Source: the human T2T-CHM13v2.0 reference genome, Homo sapiens
DNA length: 64,000 nucleotides
Direction: 5' to 3' (one strand)
NCBI RefSeq assembly: GCF_009914755.1
Contig: NC_060928.1
Under the pieces are notes generated by a model that saw nothing but the letters and a program-made list of their open reading frames with translations, did no database searches and was not told the origin of the DNA. Made by a program: the position numbers and the translations under genes. This document shows, piece after piece, positions 60,401 to 64,000 of this stretch. Position 1 is the stretch's first letter. The number at the start of each line of letters is the position of its first letter.

Positions 60401-62031
60401 CACCATTCCTACTATATTCATGCCAGGTGATGAATGCATTTGACTGTATTCTTTCATAGAAGATAGTGTATAATTCACAATCTTCCACATATACTACACA
60501 TAATAAACTCCAGATTTCCTGGGCAGCCTCTTGATACTGAGGAGTTTCTAGGATGCTTGGTTCAAAAAGTTTCTTTTATAAGAACTGTCAGATTCTTTTA
60601 CCTTTATAAACTATTGTTATGGGCATCTATTTGGAAACAAAAGGCAAATGTATAACCTCTAGTTTTTGTTGTTTTTTAATAGAATATTCAGCATTATATC
60701 AACTGTACACACATATGGTCTGACACATGCCACTGCATCATTATAGAAGAGCCAAAGGATAACCAATTTTGCATAGGTAGGAACAAAATGTTATCAAACA
60801 TCAACAACAGAATCATAAAAGTTCAAGATCATTAAAGTGAAACATTGCTCTGATAAAAGACAGTGGATTGCTTAGCCATTAAGTTTTTTATAGTTTTCTG
60901 AGGACTAAACCTGAACAAAATTGATGTTGTTAATTTTAATGTGCTCATTCTATCCTTTTCTATCTTTTCCCTCTGGCATTCTCCCTGATTTCTTGCAAAC
61001 ATCTAATCACTTCCTATCTCATCTGCCTGACATCTCCCTTTGTTAGCCTTGGTAAAATGCTCCACACTGAAGATGGCTTCAAGCCACTACATTTCACTGT
61101 TCTTTAGTAGGATGACCCTTTCAATGTTTTGTACATATGCAGTTATTAGCAGCCTCAGTCCATTCCTGGAACTAACACTCTTGAAGCTAAAGCTGGCTCG
61201 TTGCTCCTGACCCTCCATAAAAGTACAATTTATCATGAGCCATGTTCTTTTTGCTAGTAATGTTCATCAGTTTTAAAATTTATTTGTACTTCAATGAAGC
61301 ATGATGGCTACATTTTAGTCTCTTTTCCTACTTAAGTAATATTTTTTGATTAGATATGTTAGGAAATCATATTATCCTACTGTACTGTATTATATTTATC
61401 CTGTGATAAATTCAGCAGGAAAAAAAAACTTCTATTCTATTGTTCTTTGAACTTCTGAAGACTTTTGTAGCTTCAAAAGTACACAAAGGCATTGAGGAAT
61501 ACCCTCCATTCACCAATCCTTGATCAAAATTTAAAACAAACCTAATTCATTGCATTTCTTGGCCCATTGACTACTGCTTCCCTGGGATGTTTGCATTCCT
61601 GGAATGCCTAGAGGGATTGTCACAGTACCTGGAATGCACAATGGCACCACCCTCTCCAAGGTATGGCCACATTCCCAAGGAACTGACAGTGTGGCATTTG
61701 GTTCTTTCCTAGGTCTCTTCTTCTTATGAAATCCAAGGTTCTCTGACTTCTTTTCCTCATCCCTAGTTATTTCTCTTTAGTCTAAAGAAACTCCAAGCTT
61801 CTCTCAGAGATGTTTCTTCTCTCCTTAAATCAGCCAGGGCACTGATAAAACAATATCAAGAATAAGAACAAGAAAAAACTCTTTGATGTACTTTTTAGGA
61901 ATAGAATTGTGTCTGAAGATTCTTCTGCCGTGACATGAACTTAACTTTAATATGCACAGAGCCACTTTGCTTAAGCAGGGGATAGAAGGGAGGAAGTAGA
62001 TAAATAAATTGTTTCAAAAAATTTTTTTGTA

Positions 62032-62160
62032 GGCTGGGTGTAGTGGCTCACCCCTCTAATTCCAGCACTTTGGGAAGCTGAGGCAGGAGGTTCGCTTGAG
62101 CTCAGGAATTTGAGCCCAACCTTAGCAATATAGGGAGACCCCCTCCCTATTATTTAAAAA
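62032..62160 (+). mobile_element. FLAM-C / free left Alu monomer
   Basis: Single left arm GGCTGGGTGTAGTGGCTCAC...GGGAGACCCC followed by an A-rich end. Confidence 0.85.
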
Positions 62161-62469
62161 CATATATTCTACCATGAAATACTGGTATGTTAAGCAATAA
62201 AAATGATGCTTAACTTTACGTGACCATAGAGCCTGGATTCAGGAATTAGTAATGTGTAGTAACACACAGTTTGCTCCCTATTGTATAAAATGAAGTGTGT
62301 AGAAAAAAAGATGCAGTAAATATAGAATTATCAATCTTCAACTCTGGGGATGGATCACACTATTTTAAGAAAAATTTTCTGTAGTTTCTATAATGACCAC
62401 TTATTTCTATTTTTAAAACAATGTTTATTTTTAATAAAGCAGAAAAGAGAATTGGGGGCATTAGAAGCA

Positions 62470-62695
62470 ATGCAGTCTAATTAGGAGGCTGTCTGGGAGG
62501 ATCAAACCCCAGTTTTGCCACTCTCTAGCTATGTGAGACCTTGAGCCAGTTATTTTGTGTCCAAATATCTTATTTATAAAATGACAACAGCAACTACTTC
62601 TTCATTAGGTTCTTATAAGGTTAAACAAGTTAATAAATGAAAAGTGTCTACAATAGCACATAGTAACCCATATGTAACTGTTGATTATTATTTTT
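62470..62695 (+). mobile_element. MIR SINE
   Basis: TCAAACCCCAGTTTTGCCACTCTCTAGCTATGTGAGACCTTGAGCCAGTTATT. Confidence 0.75.
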
Positions 62696-63072
62696 ATAGA
62701 TGCAAGATCTCCAAGTTCAATGCAAGAAAGTCTTATAAATACTGTAGGGCAGAAATTTTGCCACTGAACTCCTACTACTTTATTTTCAAATATGAAAGAA
62801 ATATATTTTAAACATAAATTATTTACTTTGATGAAGATTCAAGTTTAACATTTATTCCTACAAGTCATGCTATTTATTTTATACGCTTGAGTATTCAGTT
62901 GAGCTCATATATCAGATTCCTCTTATGAAAAATGATTAATGGAAATGTTTATTAATTTTGAGAAGGAGTAAATATAATGAATTTGTCTTGAGGGAAAACT
63001 GGTAAATATAATGAAACACTACTTGGAAAAAATACATAATAGTTTCTGTAACAATAAGAACATATATATATT

Positions 63073-63391
<319 letters not shown>

Positions 63392-64000
63392 AAGAACATA
63401 TAGTATCTTTTTATCAGGCATACACCATAGCAACTTTTTCTTTTGTTATCCAAACCACCACAGTAACGTAACCTGGTAACCTCCTAAAAGCATACCTTCC
63501 AGTGAAGGAATATTATTTAACCACTTTAGAATACTGGGGAAACACCCATTGTGAACAAAGTGCTGCTGCTGTTTTACTTGTTTATATATTATAACATCAA
63601 CATAGTGAGTAGTTTCGATTTATTTCATCTAAATATATCATTATGTAAAAGAATACATTTGGAAACTCTGAAAGACAGAAGCCAAATTGTGGCATGACCT
63701 TCACAACATCATCTGTTGTGTATCCTGCATAGACTCATTTTTGTGTGTGTATGAGAGAGTTTTTATTGTTCCTTTTCATTTATTGAATGTAATGGTCTCT
63801 CTTAGTATTAGAAATCGCTTTTTTAATGTATCCCTGGAAGAGCCCATTATGGTATATTTCTGCATTTCTGGTCATTTTTTACTAAGCCATCTATGCATTC
63901 AAGGATTTGTTGATGAATCAATTTGTCAAGTACCTACCATGTTCTTAGTAATATTCTAAGGCATTGGTATGTCGATGTCAACAACACGAACTAAATCCCT

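Noticed and set aside
60190-60520. 84-aa minus-strand ORF in a possible old DNA-transposon remnant
   Set aside because: No recognisable protein similarity or splice structure, and the repeat family could not be assigned with confidence.

Overview
AT-rich primate (very likely human) genomic DNA, almost entirely intronic. One coding exon is supported: a 78-bp, phase 0-0 exon at 57393-57470 (+) encoding SADMSPASSTTSLPVSPLTEEPVPFK. From memory this matches CCSER1 (FAM190A, 4q22, fragile-site region), so the host gene runs on the + strand. The rest is a layered record of transposable elements: Alus, a full-length antisense L1PA4-6-type element, an internally deleted L1PA10-12-type element, a near full-length Tigger1, THE1B/MLT1/MER LTRs, MER1A, Tigger3a, MIR, L2 and L3, plus microsatellites. 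The ORF track contains no additional genes; its ORFs are TE-derived or chance. The most unusual observations are: (1) an old ~410-bp inverted duplication (16480-16890 / 20564-20977) that is not a pair of TE copies; (2) an 86-bp L1-mobilised retrocopy of just the HERV-W (LTR17) R region, with A-tail and 13-bp TSD; (3) a near-perfect 73-nt hairpin at 51846-51918; (4) two TE promoters facing the exon whose splice donors are in frame with it. Repeat subfamily names come from recalled consensus sequences, and boundaries of old repeats are approximate.
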